From: Histomonas meleagridis 2922-C6/04-290x
Taxonomy: Eukaryota > Protista > Parabasalia
Reading direction: 5' to 3'
Assembly (NCBI GenBank): GCA_020184695.1
Contig: JAANOX010000197.1
Location: forward strand, 1 to 61,905
Length of the DNA stretch: 61,905 nucleotides
In this document: positions 1 to 9,960 of the stretch, piece after piece
How positions within the stretch are numbered: position 1 is the stretch's first letter
Layout: every line of letters begins with the position of its first letter
Notes under the pieces: generated by a model
What the model saw: only the letters and a program-made list of their open reading frames with translations
Databases searched by the model: none
Told to the model about the DNA's origin: nothing
Made by a program: the position numbers and the translations under genes

Positions 1-1
1 A

Positions 2-271
2 GTTGATAAATATGTCATCGCTGAGGAAAATGAATTAGTAAAATTAATTCAACTATTATGTTATACGGAAGAAGTAGGATTACTTAAAGCAGATCAGAAA
101 GCAGGCTGCTGCAGAAACAGTTCGTATGATTATGTTTCGAAAATTTATGTAAAAAAAGATGGAAACACTTATAATTTGAAGTATTCATACGCTGATGTAG
201 TAGAGTATTTAACAGAACGTAAAATTAGTTCGAAGTTTGTTAAGTCTTCAGGAAAAATAAGCTATAAATAA
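2..271 (+). CDS. 3' end of an uncharacterised element ORF (truncated by window edge)
   Basis: Frame 2 is open from base 2 (VDKYVIAEENELVKLIQLLCY...SSGKISYK) to TAA at 269-271; not in the ORF track. Confidence 0.65.
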   Translation, partial: VDKYVIAEENELVKLIQLLCYTEEVGLLKADQKAGCCRNSSYDYVSKIYVKKDGNTYNLKYSYADVVEYLTERKISSKFVKSSGKISYK

Positions 272-302
272 GTTAAAATTTATATTTTTCTATCTATATA
301 AG

Positions 303-854
303 ATGCCAGTAATTCTTTCAATCGATATTGGAGTAAAGAATCTTGCTTATGCTATAATCACTTATCCAGCTGTTACTTTTGATGTTATTGATATATCAAA
401 ACCAAATAATGCAGTTGATAGATGCAGGTTGGTTCAAAGATTGATTGGTAACATTATTAGAAAGAATCATGTTTCTGATGTAGTTATTGAAAAACAATTT
501 CCACAAAATACTGTTGCTATGGAATTAATGTATAGCATTATTACTCTTGCTTTAAATTTTACATCTCAAATCTATTTGTTTGATACAAAAGGAAAATTTA
601 CATATCTTGATTTAGAATATGATACGAAAAATATAGCTCATAAAAAATTAAGCGTAAATATTGCTAGGAACTTTTTAAAGTTTGTCGAAGGAGATCATTT
701 TGATTCATGGAACTCATTTCAAATGCTATATAATATCGAAAAATATAAGAAACAAGATGATATAGCAGATGCTATAAATCAGGGAATGGTTTATGGTTTA
801 AAAAATAAACTTATACATATTACTAAGAAGGAATATAAAGAAATGATTTTTTAA
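303..854 (+). CDS. Poxvirus A22-like RuvC Holliday-junction resolvase
   Basis: ILSIDIGVKNLAY (first Asp), VVIEKQ (Glu) and KKQDDIADA (Asp pair): the A22/Ydc2-type RuvC catalytic pattern in a 183-aa protein. Confidence 0.8.
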   Translation: MPVILSIDIGVKNLAYAIITYPAVTFDVIDISKPNNAVDRCRLVQRLIGNIIRKNHVSDVVIEKQFPQNTVAMELMYSIITLALNFTSQIYLFDTKGKFTYLDLEYDTKNIAHKKLSVNIARNFLKFVEGDHFDSWNSFQMLYNIEKYKKQDDIADAINQGMVYGLKNKLIHITKKEYKEMIF

Positions 855-880
855 AAACTAAGCTATTTTTTTTTAATATA

Positions 881-900
881 TTTTTTTAACGAATAATAAA
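881..900 (+). promoter_or_regulatory. Element-specific upstream motif, class 1 (TTTTT-ACGA-N-TAAG-like)
   Basis: tttttttaacgaataataaa directly before ATG 903; related copies precede ATGs at 5412, 9961 and 10531. Confidence 0.5.
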
Positions 901-902
901 GG

Positions 903-3149
903 ATGCCGAAAAGATATAGTACAGAAGAAATTAGAGACTTGTTCGAACGTTATGGTCACACACTACCGGAGAATTTTGTTTATAGAAATAATACTACACA
1001 TATTAATGTTACTGACGAACAAACAGGAAGAAGATAAAGATCTACATTAATACAGTTGAGATATCGAATAGATCACGGCAGAAGTGAATATGATTTTCCG
1101 CAATATATGAATATGGCAATTGATAACGAAGAACCGAAGTATAAAACATCATTTGAGAGATTTAGAGATAAGCAAGATGATTATTTCAAAAATGAGACTC
1201 ATGAATTCCAGCAAGAAGTTTTTCAGAACACTCAAAAAATGATTAGATTTATGAAGCAAAAAGATTTTACAATGAATTTTGACGGAAATGTCGATTCCTT
1301 CTTATACTCACTAATGCTTGCACTAAAAGAAATAGGTCCTCGAATCAATAAAGATATCAGAATGACAATCATTGATGAAAACGGCAAAATACAATACGCT
1401 CATGCTAACAGAAATACTGTTGACTTTCTCCAATCATTATTTGAAACAGGAAGAGAGATTAGTGATTATAACAAAGTTGCTTTAGACTCATATCTCAACA
1501 TTAGATCAATTCATTTTGAATTTAGAGATCTCAAAAAAGGAAAAAGAATTAATCCCGGATTCTTTCCGTATATTAATAAAACAAATATTGATCTAACAAA
1601 ATTCGGAATATTTAATTCGGTAAATAATGAAAAAATTAATGATTCATGCTTGATCCAAGCATTTGAGGCGAGTAAATTATTTTCAGAAAATGATATAAAC
1701 ATGTTAAGAAGATCATTTATTACAACAAGAACTGTTTCTCGCAGTGAGTTAAAGAAGATATCAGATCTGTTAAAAATTAATGTGTACTGTAAGATTGGTA
1801 GCATACACTGTACATTCGGCGAACAGTACGATAAAAAGATAAAATTAATAATTATTGATGACCACTATATGCTGTATGATAATGTTAATGTTAATGAGTT
1901 TTATTTATAGAATTATGAAAGGATTAATAAAGAACCAAGATTTAAGAACCATCAGCGGAAGATGATGCTATTAAAATATGATGATGAGAGATATTCGTTC
2001 AGTAAGAAAGGTATAAGCATTAAAAAATCAATACAGATCATGAAAGAGGAAAATTTATTGGTTCCAATAGATCAAAAGACATTTAACAAGTTATGTTGGA
2101 GTTATGAGCGGAAGAGTGAAAAATATAATAGTTTCCGAAAGATTGTTATTCCTGATAAAAAAGAGTTACCGTCATTTGTTAAGAAAGTAAATCAAACTAA
2201 GTCATTTTTTGGATATACTCCTGAAGAGAATGAAGTGCATGAACGTTTGCAAGAAGTGCAGGATTTAGTTGATTCGTTAGGTGTTAAAATTAATGTTGCC
2301 AGGTATTATAAATTTGCTGATCTAATGCAAAAGATCATGTATGAATACGGATGTTTTGATAATGTTTATGAACTATCAGGAGATATAGCAGAAAAGATTC
2401 GAAGTAAATTAGCATTTCCTCGTACTATATGGAGCAAAATACATTTAAAGAAGAAGTTATACTATATAGATATTAATGGTGCTTATATGTCAAGTATGAC
2501 AAATATTCCGACAGGAATACCTGACGACGATGGAAACTTTAGCGGAGAGAATACAAAAATAAAAGAACTTATCGAATTATTATATCAGAAAAGATCAGAA
2601 GCAAAGGCTAACGGTAACGACAAACTAGCAATGACAATTAAGTTTTTGATGAACAGTTGTTGGGGATTTTCAATAAAGAAACCCAGTAATATTAAGCATA
2701 AGCGAACGAATGATGTAAATAATTATGCCGAAACATTTGCACCTTATGTATTGAAATATACTTATAATGAAGATGGTATATCAGGATTTGTCGATACAGT
2801 AAACGCTTATGTCGAACATTACTATTATCCACAATTTGCAAGAAATGTTCTAAAAAACTTTAATGATAAAATGAATGAGTTAAAGAAAATGGTTAATGTT
2901 TATTACTCAGAAGTTGATTCTGCGTTAGTGTCGGAGGAAAACTTTTTATTATAAAAAGACAAAGGCTTTATTGGAAATGAACTTGGAAAATTCAAAGTTG
3001 AACACATATTTACAGAAGTATATTTCAAATCTGCTGATTGTTGGATTGGCAAACATGCTGACGGAACATATTATTATCATCTGACGCCAAAACTTAAACA
3101 ATACTGTCAGAATAAGGCTGATCCAATTAAAGCACTGATGTTAATTTGA
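903..3149 (+). pseudogene. Family-B (protein-primed-type) DNA polymerase with N-terminal vOTU-like domain; three in-frame stops
   Basis: Track ORFs 1056-1910 and 1962-2954 and the flanking sequence are one frame from ATG 903 to TGA 3147-3149, interrupted by TAA 1035, TAG 1908 and TAA 2952. Motif A YYIDINGAY, motif B KFLMNSCWG, motif C YYSEVDS and downstream ELGKFKVE. NDSCLIQAF...DDHYML is an OTU-like Cys/His pair. Confidence 0.85.
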
Positions 3150-3167
3150 AATTTTTATTTTTATTAA

Positions 3168-3386
3168 ATGAATTATATTTCACTCAATATTGCAAGAACA
3201 ATATTTAATGAAATTGGTCTCGATACTGATAAATTATATGTGGTAAGAAATGTTGTACATGAAAAATTACAAACAAATCCCTTATTTACAACTGAAATAT
3301 ATGACCTCAATATAATTAAATTGTCTGATATGCTTTCTGATTTTATTAATGATTGTATCGAAGAAATATTATGTCGAATAGTATAA
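3168..3386 (+). CDS. Small hypothetical element protein (72 aa)
   Basis: ORF preceded by tttttatttttattaaATG (class-2 motif). Confidence 0.55.
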   Translation: MNYISLNIARTIFNEIGLDTDKLYVVRNVVHEKLQTNPLFTTEIYDLNIIKLSDMLSDFINDCIEEILCRIV

Positions 3387-3404
3387 GGAAGTGTAATTTT
3401 TGGG

Positions 3405-3550
3405 ATTAATGACAGGACTATTTAACAAGACGGTCTTTTCGGAAATTATGGAACTAAAGTCTTTTTATACGAGGAAGAATTAGCAATTGAGGTTTTGCTG
3501 AAATCAATGATTTTTGGGTCATTTTTATGTGATTCACACGTTATATTAAA
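3405..3550 (+). repeat. Degenerate copy of the element non-coding module
   Basis: attaatgacaggacta...ctttttatacgaggaagaattagcaattgaggttttgctg aligns with 4575-4670; the right inverted arm is missing. Confidence 0.75.
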
Positions 3551-3658
3551 AGGTATGGCAACATGACTTCCGACCAGCTATTTTTACTCATTTTTGAAGG
3601 TTCAAAAAATAATGCTAATCTTAAAAAAATAATTTTTTTTTATTCTACTAAAAGAGAC

Positions 3659-4552
3659 ATGGAATCACTCAAACTTGAAACTATTGAGCTTATTGAAAAC
3701 TACAAAAGCGAAATCATACGTTTGCAAAATGAAATTAATAATACAAGTTTAAAAGATTTTATTAATGCAGACGAAGAATTATTTTATATACGCTCACGTA
3801 TGCATAATATAGAACAAATGGCGGATTTAATCCAAGAAAATAAGAAATATTTAAATGAAATTGAGGAGATGTTAAGGAATCCACCGAAGATTGAGGAGAA
3901 GAAAAAAGAATAAAGAATTATTAAAACTGAAGAAGAACAAATTGATGAACTATTCACATTACGTGTTAGTGAGCCGAGAAAGCTCTTCATCGAATCAGTA
4001 GTCGAAGGTGTTAATGAAGATCATAAAAAGACTATTAAATGTGTTGTAAATGAATATTCAAGTGGCTTTAATAAGGCATTAAAAGAATATAGTGCATTTG
4101 TTAGAAAAAATATTTTTAACGACAGGAGCTTAAACATTATAACACGTATGATTAATAAGTCTTTTAACTTTTTCGATCAATCAATTAATTAAACAGTATA
4201 TAAATCAGCAATGATAGCAGATCCACCGGAAGATGATACATCAGAAGCTGCTAAAGTTTGTGCTAGAAAGGTTATGAAGCAATTTAATGAAATTGTCGAC
4301 ATTAACGATATTATTAATAATAAAACTAAATCACTCAAAGAAGATGGATTTAAGTTAGTAAAAGCTGTAGAATGGATCGATACGATAGATAAAGACATTT
4401 TATATGATGTTAATGATCTTGTGGAATCTTATAATGATTTTTACAATACTGTTATTAATTCTAAATCATTCGGTAAACTCATGAAAGGTAAATTTATTAC
4501 TAAAAGAGCAACTCGAAAAGGTAAGAAATATACTTTTTATCAAAAGATTTAG
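3659..4552 (+). pseudogene. ~297-aa coiled-coil protein with basic, winged-helix-like C-terminus; two in-frame TAA stops
   Basis: Track ORFs 3563-3913 and 4211-4552 are in the same frame and the gap is open (RIIKTEEEQIDELF...FFDQSIN). Stops at 3911 and 4190; likely ATG 3659 follows a T-rich motif. Confidence 0.7.
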
Positions 4553-4571
4553 ATGAATGATACATTATATT

Positions 4572-4975
4572 TGGAATTAATGACAGGACTATATGACAGG
4601 ACAGTCTACCTGGAATTGATGAAACCAAACTCTTTTTACACGAGGAAGGATTAGCAATTGAGGTTTTGCTGTTTTCGATGATTTTCACGTCAAAATTTAA
4701 GGTATTACTGCGAAAAGGTATGTTTTGATGTCAAACCTAGTTAAAATTACGTGAAAATGTATAGAAAAGGTATGTTTTGATGTCAAACCTAGTTAAAATG
4801 ATAGTAATTACTACAAAAACCCATGAAAATCACTATTTTTCATAACTTTTGCTATTTCCAAAATTTCTACTTTCTACAACTACTTACTTTTTATTTATCC
4901 AGGTAGACTGTCCTGTCATATAGTCCTATATATAATAATAAAAATAATTTTGATTCGACATTCCCGCCAAGTGAG
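4572..4975. repeat. Element non-coding module with perfect 30-bp inverted arms and two 36-bp direct repeats
   Basis: 4585-4614 (aggactatatgacaggacagtctacctgga) is the exact reverse complement of 4898-4927. gaaaaggtatgttttgatgtcaaacctagttaaaat occurs at 4712-4747 and 4764-4799. The module is homologous to 11131-11545. Confidence 0.9.
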
Positions 4976-5320
4976 TTACTCGAATCTATAATCATGATAT
5001 TTAATAACCTTACCGGAATCATTACGAAAAGTACTGTAAAAAGTATTATAAACAACTTTTGTATATTTGTCGCACATCTTTCTTTTGCTATTATTCGACA
5101 CACATATAATAACATCAACAGGAAAAGCAATTTCAAATGTAGAGAATGAAACATATTCAATTTTTACATAATGAACATAGTTGTCAAACGTATATGTTTC
5201 GTTTTTGTCAAATACAAATGTTATCTCATTCGTTTTACCGTAAATATTAATAATATTTTCAATAATAATTGCTGCTGAACTTTTTTCTACTTCTTCCGCC
5301 TCATACTCATAACCAAACAT
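4976..5320 (-). CDS. Hypothetical element protein (114 aa)
   Basis: ATG ORF with TAAATG start context, convergent on the module. Confidence 0.55.
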   Translation of the reverse strand: MFGYEYEAEEVEKSSAAIIIENIINIYGKTNEITFVFDKNETYTFDNYVHYVKIEYVSFSTFEIAFPVDVIICVSNNSKRKMCDKYTKVVYNTFYSTFRNDSGKVIKYHDYRFE

Positions 5321-5393
5321 TTAAAAAGATTTTGGAATTAATAACTCCATTTATATAAAATAAAAAAATAAATCTAATTCAAAAATAATTTTA

Positions 5394-5411
5394 TTTTTTT
5401 ACGATTAAGAA
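5394..5411 (+). promoter_or_regulatory. Class-1 upstream motif
   Basis: tttttttacgattaagaa immediately before ATG 5412. Confidence 0.55.
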
Positions 5412-5615
5412 ATGATGGATAAAATTTTTGATAACATAGATGAAGAAATTATACGTGCAGTTCAACAATTAACAGAAAGATTTACGAATCAAATGTTAGA
5501 ATATATTTTATATAATGAATTACAAGAAGCGAAGCCAGAAGATATAGCAAAGAAGTACTTAAACATTAAGCCAATTAAGCGTAGACGCTGCAGAACAAAA
5601 AATAATTTATCATGA
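5412..5615 (+). CDS. Small protein with basic NLS-like C-terminus (67 aa)
   Basis: ORF after a class-1 motif; ends KPIKRRRCRTKNNLS. Confidence 0.6.
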   Translation: MMDKIFDNIDEEIIRAVQQLTERFTNQMLEYILYNELQEAKPEDIAKKYLNIKPIKRRRCRTKNNLS

Positions 5616-5677
5616 ACAAACAAACCAAACAACATTAGATGATGTTCTTCCGTATATAAATGAAGCGTTATAAATTC

Positions 5678-7198
5678 TTAATCACTAAATACAGCAATAA
5701 TGGTATCACTAATGATTCCAGTAACTCTTTCAACAATCATTTTATTTATTTTTCCCGTCAGTACTGTTTCATCATCTAATATTGAACCATCATATAGTAC
5801 AGTATCACCGATATTATATATTGATGAGTCAGTAACACTAAAATAATAATCACCGTGTGAAGCAAAATCTATTGTATCTTGATTAACGGAGACATCGCTC
5901 CTAATGTTACCACCAGTTTGAAATATTTCTCCTGCTGCATGTTTTGCAACACATATTCCGATAAATTCTTTATATGTTCCTGTTGATTTTACACTAGGAA
6001 TACAATCTGTTGCTGTTGTTTCCGTCACATAATTTTTATCTTTGAGTGAATAAACATTTCCGCTAATAAATACTGAAGAACCGATAGTATAATTGCTTAA
6101 ATCTTCTTCTATCGGCGCATTATGCACAATAGTTTTATTAATCTGACCTCCACCACTACTTGATATAATAGCTTTTCTGTATGTATCATCTGATATATGC
6201 CAAAATCCTAATTCATTTTCATATGATGCTATTCTCCAAGTATAAATACCTGGTGCTTCTGTTGAATTATTATGAAAAACGAAATCTAAAAATCTTCCTG
6301 TTTTTAATACAGAATTTTGATAAGGAACAATATCAGCAGGTTGATGAGTATGAGATGATGGAGTAAATGTTGATGGTTTATCAGTAATATCATTATAACT
6401 ATGAGTATGTGTATTTAAAGAAAAATTATTAACAGGTATATCATTAATAGAAATACAATTTATATTACCATCAATTCCATTGAAACTAATAACACCATCA
6501 TTATTATCAAGTTTACCGAAATACATAACATTGCCGGCAGTTCTTATTCTCCAAGAATAATCACTATTTAAATCATTATTATCATGAAAGTCAATATACT
6601 GTCCAACTTCCATTACACCATCTGATTTAATAGTCGCGATTGATGTAATATTTACTGTTGAATTAGAACCTCCTCCAATACTGTTTGAAATATAATATCG
6701 GTTAATGGAATTTGCGACAAGACTACCATTAATAGCTAAATCATTATTAATTATTTCATGTGTATGATTTTTTAATGCAAAATCATCTGTTGAATAACCA
6801 TTAATGGTATCAATAATTAAATTTGTAATTGAAACATTATTACTATCTTCATTGATTTTTACGAATTGTGAATATAAGTCTAAAACTCTATTTATATTAC
6901 CGAACATTTCAATTATATATGCATTTTTCATTATATTTTCTCCAGTAAGTATATCATCAACTTTAATATTATTATTGATATACTTTAGATTTTTTATGCT
7001 ATTATCTAACGGTGATATTACAACATGATTTCTTCCGTAAGTGAAAACAATACTTTTATCCACACTGTTTATCTGTAGTGTGCAAATACCATTTGATAAA
7101 GTGTCGGATGTTTTGCTGTGATTACTGTAAACAACACTATTTTTATTCATCAACGCGCGCACTATATTTTCTATTTTTTCAAACTGTGAATTTGACAT
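5678..7198 (-). CDS. Virion fibre / phage tail-fibre-like protein with putative C-terminal chaperone domain
   Basis: Likely start MSNSQF at 7198. GVMEVGQYIDFH..DYSWRI module with a second copy (GRFLDF..IYTWRI). HTH repeats (NHTHEI; THTHSYNDITDKPSTFTPSSHTH). C-terminal EFIGIC...ASHGDYYF...IGDTVLYDG. Confidence 0.65.
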   Translation of the reverse strand: MSNSQFEKIENIVRALMNKNSVVYSNHSKTSDTLSNGICTLQINSVDKSIVFTYGRNHVVISPLDNSIKNLKYINNNIKVDDILTGENIMKNAYIIEMFGNINRVLDLYSQFVKINEDSNNVSITNLIIDTINGYSTDDFALKNHTHEIINNDLAINGSLVANSINRYYISNSIGGGSNSTVNITSIATIKSDGVMEVGQYIDFHDNNDLNSDYSWRIRTAGNVMYFGKLDNNDGVISFNGIDGNINCISINDIPVNNFSLNTHTHSYNDITDKPSTFTPSSHTHQPADIVPYQNSVLKTGRFLDFVFHNNSTEAPGIYTWRIASYENELGFWHISDDTYRKAIISSSGGGQINKTIVHNAPIEEDLSNYTIGSSVFISGNVYSLKDKNYVTETTATDCIPSVKSTGTYKEFIGICVAKHAAGEIFQTGGNIRSDVSVNQDTIDFASHGDYYFSVTDSSIYNIGDTVLYDGSILDDETVLTGKINKMIVERVTGIISDTIIAVFSD

Positions 7199-7214
7199 TT
7201 TAATAAAATAAAAA
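7193..7214. promoter_or_regulatory. Class-2 motif / 15-bp bidirectional intergenic spacer
   Basis: tgacattttaataaaataaaaa is identical at 7193 and 8201; on the minus strand it reads TTTTTATTTTATTAAAATG(TCA). Confidence 0.55.
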
Positions 7215-8026
7215 TGTTTAAAACTGAAGATCAATTTAGCACGATCGCATCACAACTTCCGGTCGAAGAAAATTATACAAATCTCGACATTGATCAGTAT
7301 GAAACACTTAATGAACAGAACGGATACACATTCCGTTATCCTCAGCGTTGGTTAGAAAGTCTTTCACAGAATAAAGCGATTGGTGTTAGGAGGCTAGACA
7401 TTATTCCGACAACTCATGTTATATCGTTACGTTTTAATGTAGTGAAGCCTGATAGTGTTTCAGGAACGTCGCCATCACCGCGAACAATTTCATTTCAAGT
7501 AATGGCTCAAAACACTTTATTGGAGATAATGACAGGAATATGTAATGACTTTAATTCATTATTTGCTAGCTATAGATTACATTATACTTATGATGACAGC
7601 GGAATGTTATCAATATACTGTGATTATGTCGGAAGTGATGATACAGAGTCAATTCCAGCTAATTTTTCAATATTTGACGCTTCATCAACTAATATAAATA
7701 CTAAAGAATTTTTAAGATTTCTTAACCAAGATGAAACTGATATAAATTATCTCTCAAATCCTTCAAACACAAGAGTATTTCGTAATGTTTGTAACTCAGA
7801 ATATATTGAGTTCCATGCATCATTTAGTGATTCAAAAAGGAGATTTATCGGAATTAAAGGAGACTTTTACGAAAAGCCTACAGTATTATATAATGCTCCT
7901 ACTGACGGAAGCACTTTTAACATTCGTTTTACCACTAACGGCAAAAATAACATTTATCCCAAATATTGTCGATTTATTATTCAATCAGTATTCTTATATA
8001 ATTATCGAAAGACTGTTGTTTTATGA
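7214..8026 (+). CDS. Putative minor capsid (penton-like single jelly-roll) protein, paralogue 1
   Basis: 270 aa, beta-rich, with an insertion. N-terminal YTFRYP..AIGVRRL and C-terminal FNIRFTTNG..FIIQSVF resemble polinton penton architecture; located next to the ATPase and fibre. Confidence 0.5.
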   Translation: MFKTEDQFSTIASQLPVEENYTNLDIDQYETLNEQNGYTFRYPQRWLESLSQNKAIGVRRLDIIPTTHVISLRFNVVKPDSVSGTSPSPRTISFQVMAQNTLLEIMTGICNDFNSLFASYRLHYTYDDSGMLSIYCDYVGSDDTESIPANFSIFDASSTNINTKEFLRFLNQDETDINYLSNPSNTRVFRNVCNSEYIEFHASFSDSKRRFIGIKGDFYEKPTVLYNAPTDGSTFNIRFTTNGKNNIYPKYCRFIIQSVFLYNYRKTVVL

Positions 8027-8206
8027 GTACATAGTGTTTTTAATTTCTTCCGACATTTCTTCGCTCGAAGAGCTCAAGCCAACTCGTTGGCGTTCTACTT
8101 CTTCTTCAACACTAAATATTTCATAAGCTTTTAATAAAGTTCTTACAACAGAGTTTGAAACATATATTGTTCCAATGACACATAACCAAACACCAACAAA
8201 TGACAT
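8021..8206 (-). CDS. Small protein with N-terminal hydrophobic segment (61 aa), possible virion membrane protein
   Basis: MSFVGVWLCVIGTIYV; start context identical to that of the fibre gene. Confidence 0.5.
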   Translation of the reverse strand: MSFVGVWLCVIGTIYVSNSVVRTLLKAYEIFSVEEEVERQRVGLSSSSEEMSEEIKNTMYS

Positions 8207-8237
8207 TTTAATAAAATAAAAATTTTATTTTTACAAA

Positions 8238-8999
8238 ATGTATAATGCTGTAATTGATTACACAATATCTTCTTATGATGCTACACATTATAACAGAATG
8301 AACATTAATCTTCCATCACCTCCGACAAGAATTGCCAAAATGATTGTTATGTCATTAACGACAAAATGTTCGATAGTAGTTATTGAAAAAGATGATTTTA
8401 TACAGATTAACGGGAAAAAATATTATTTCACTACTGACTACACCGATCTTAATTCACAAACATTCATACTTCTGTTAAACTCACTCATCCAAGAGTCGGG
8501 TGTAACTTCTGAAGTCGATGAGGCGGGAAGAATTATCTTTAGTTCTGACACTGCTTTTACTATTGACTCTGCATCATATAATATTATTCAGATATCCGGA
8601 CTATATTCACAAGTACTTCCTATCCCTGCATCTTATAATGAAAAATATGAAATAACTGCTGAAAGCGTCGGAAACACTTTATCAACACCTGTTTTATATC
8701 TATTGTCAAATGTTGGGAAAAGTTCATACAGAAACTTAAATGAAACCATTAACATATCAAAAATTGTTTTAAGAATTAATAACTCCTTCTCTGCAAACTT
8801 TCCGATAATAGTGTCGAACGCTGATTTTGAGATTGAATTAAACAGTAATGACCTATCACACTTACAGTTAACATTAGTTGATGCTAATCTTCATGAGGTT
8901 CATTTATTGAATCCATTATATATTACAATAAGTGTTCAAGGTTTGCCGGATGAAGATTTATTCGCTATTGAACAAAACGAAAGCAATCGAACTAAGTGA
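8238..8999 (+). CDS. Putative minor capsid (penton) protein, paralogue 2
   Basis: C-terminal LSHLQLTLVDANLHEVHLLNPLYITISVQ fits the polinton/PLV penton C-terminal pattern; N-terminal strand NINLPSP..KMIVMSL. Confidence 0.65.
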   Translation: MYNAVIDYTISSYDATHYNRMNINLPSPPTRIAKMIVMSLTTKCSIVVIEKDDFIQINGKKYYFTTDYTDLNSQTFILLLNSLIQESGVTSEVDEAGRIIFSSDTAFTIDSASYNIIQISGLYSQVLPIPASYNEKYEITAESVGNTLSTPVLYLLSNVGKSSYRNLNETINISKIVLRINNSFSANFPIIVSNADFEIELNSNDLSHLQLTLVDANLHEVHLLNPLYITISVQGLPDEDLFAIEQNESNRTK

Positions 9000-9013
9000 G
9001 AACAACAACAAAA

Positions 9014-9919
9014 TTATTTTTGTTTGACACTGTTTGAAAGTGTAATAGTTACTCGTCGAGCCTTAATGTAAATGTTAAATCTAGCATGAGGATCTGTGAT
9101 TTTAGAATATTCATTCCATAATTTATCCGCATCAAATATTGATGCAGGTGATTCTTCCATGAGATCATAAAAATCATATTTTGAAATGCCGGGAAATATC
9201 ACTATATCTGACAATGTTCTTTTGATATCTTTTGAAATACTCTTTGTTGTTTGAACACATATGGTAACATTGATGTTAAAATGTCTGAGCTTCTTTAACA
9301 TTCTAGATAAATCTGTTTCTTTACTTCTTAATAACGGATGTGATGCAAAGTCATCAAGAATGAGCCAACAACGGTGATAATAAGTTCTCCACTGGTATTT
9401 TGCTAACTTCTCGGCAACATATTTTAATCTCTTCTTTTGATTATATAAATTATGTTTTGTAAAAAGTCTTTCAATCTCTTCATTCGTTTTCTTAAAATTA
9501 CTGTTGATATATTTAATGATAGAATTATATTTTAATATTCGTCTCATATATTTATTTAACCAGTCGAGTAACTGAGTATCTTTTATAGCGACGAGCTTAC
9601 TCTTGTTAATTACTTCTTTATAAGTGTTGACGGTTTCATCAAATTTATTACTAGTGCTGCAAATAACTATTAGCTCAAAAAAAGGCTCTCGAAATAATAC
9701 TTCTTGCTGAGCAGCAAGTTTTAAATAAGTGTAACTCTTTCCGCTTGACATTGATGCGATAAATGCACTGATCCCATTCTGAGCAAATGGAAATCTATCA
9801 TGAATGAGCTTAATTAATGCATTGTTTAATACTTCTTCATTAATTTTACTAATTTTATAAAATTGTTCTTCTATATCATCAAATTTTTTATCTACTTCGG
9901 ATAATTTATTTTTTCGCAT
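9014..9919 (-). CDS. A32-like (FtsK-HerA) genome-packaging ATPase
   Basis: Walker A ASMSSGKS, Walker B LILDDF and the A32-type LRHFNINVTICVQ motif. Confidence 0.92.
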   Translation of the reverse strand: MRKNKLSEVDKKFDDIEEQFYKISKINEEVLNNALIKLIHDRFPFAQNGISAFIASMSSGKSYTYLKLAAQQEVLFREPFFELIVICSTSNKFDETVNTYKEVINKSKLVAIKDTQLLDWLNKYMRRILKYNSIIKYINSNFKKTNEEIERLFTKHNLYNQKKRLKYVAEKLAKYQWRTYYHRCWLILDDFASHPLLRSKETDLSRMLKKLRHFNINVTICVQTTKSISKDIKRTLSDIVIFPGISKYDFYDLMEESPASIFDADKLWNEYSKITDPHARFNIYIKARRVTITLSNSVKQK

Positions 9920-9941
9920 TATTTTAATATTATAAAAATTA

Positions 9942-9960
9942 TTTTTTTACGAATAAGTAA
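9942..9960 (+). promoter_or_regulatory. Class-1 upstream motif
   Basis: tttttttacgaataagtaa before ATG 9961. Confidence 0.55.

Noticed and set aside
303-854. Fanzor/TnpB-type RNA-guided RuvC nuclease
   Set aside because: Only 183 aa, with a contiguous A22-type RuvC, no zinc finger or split RuvC, and no adjacent guide-like conserved end.
3563-3658. Track N-terminal extensions (also 7199-7234, 26622-26693, 42511-42621)
   Set aside because: They translate T/A-rich promoter-like sequence; downstream ATGs have better context.
903-4552. Alternative genetic code (TAA/TAG = Gln) or programmed readthrough in the viral element
   Set aside because: Seven other large element ORFs have no internal TAR, use CAA for Gln and mostly end in TAA/TGA. 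The unrelated transposase and DUF3447 remnants show the same frameshift-free stops, including TGA, so ordinary nonsense decay suffices.
4712-4799. CRISPR-like array (36-bp repeats)
   Set aside because: Only two units with a 16-bp gap, no series of unique spacers and no cas genes; the same applies to the repeats at 11291-11871.
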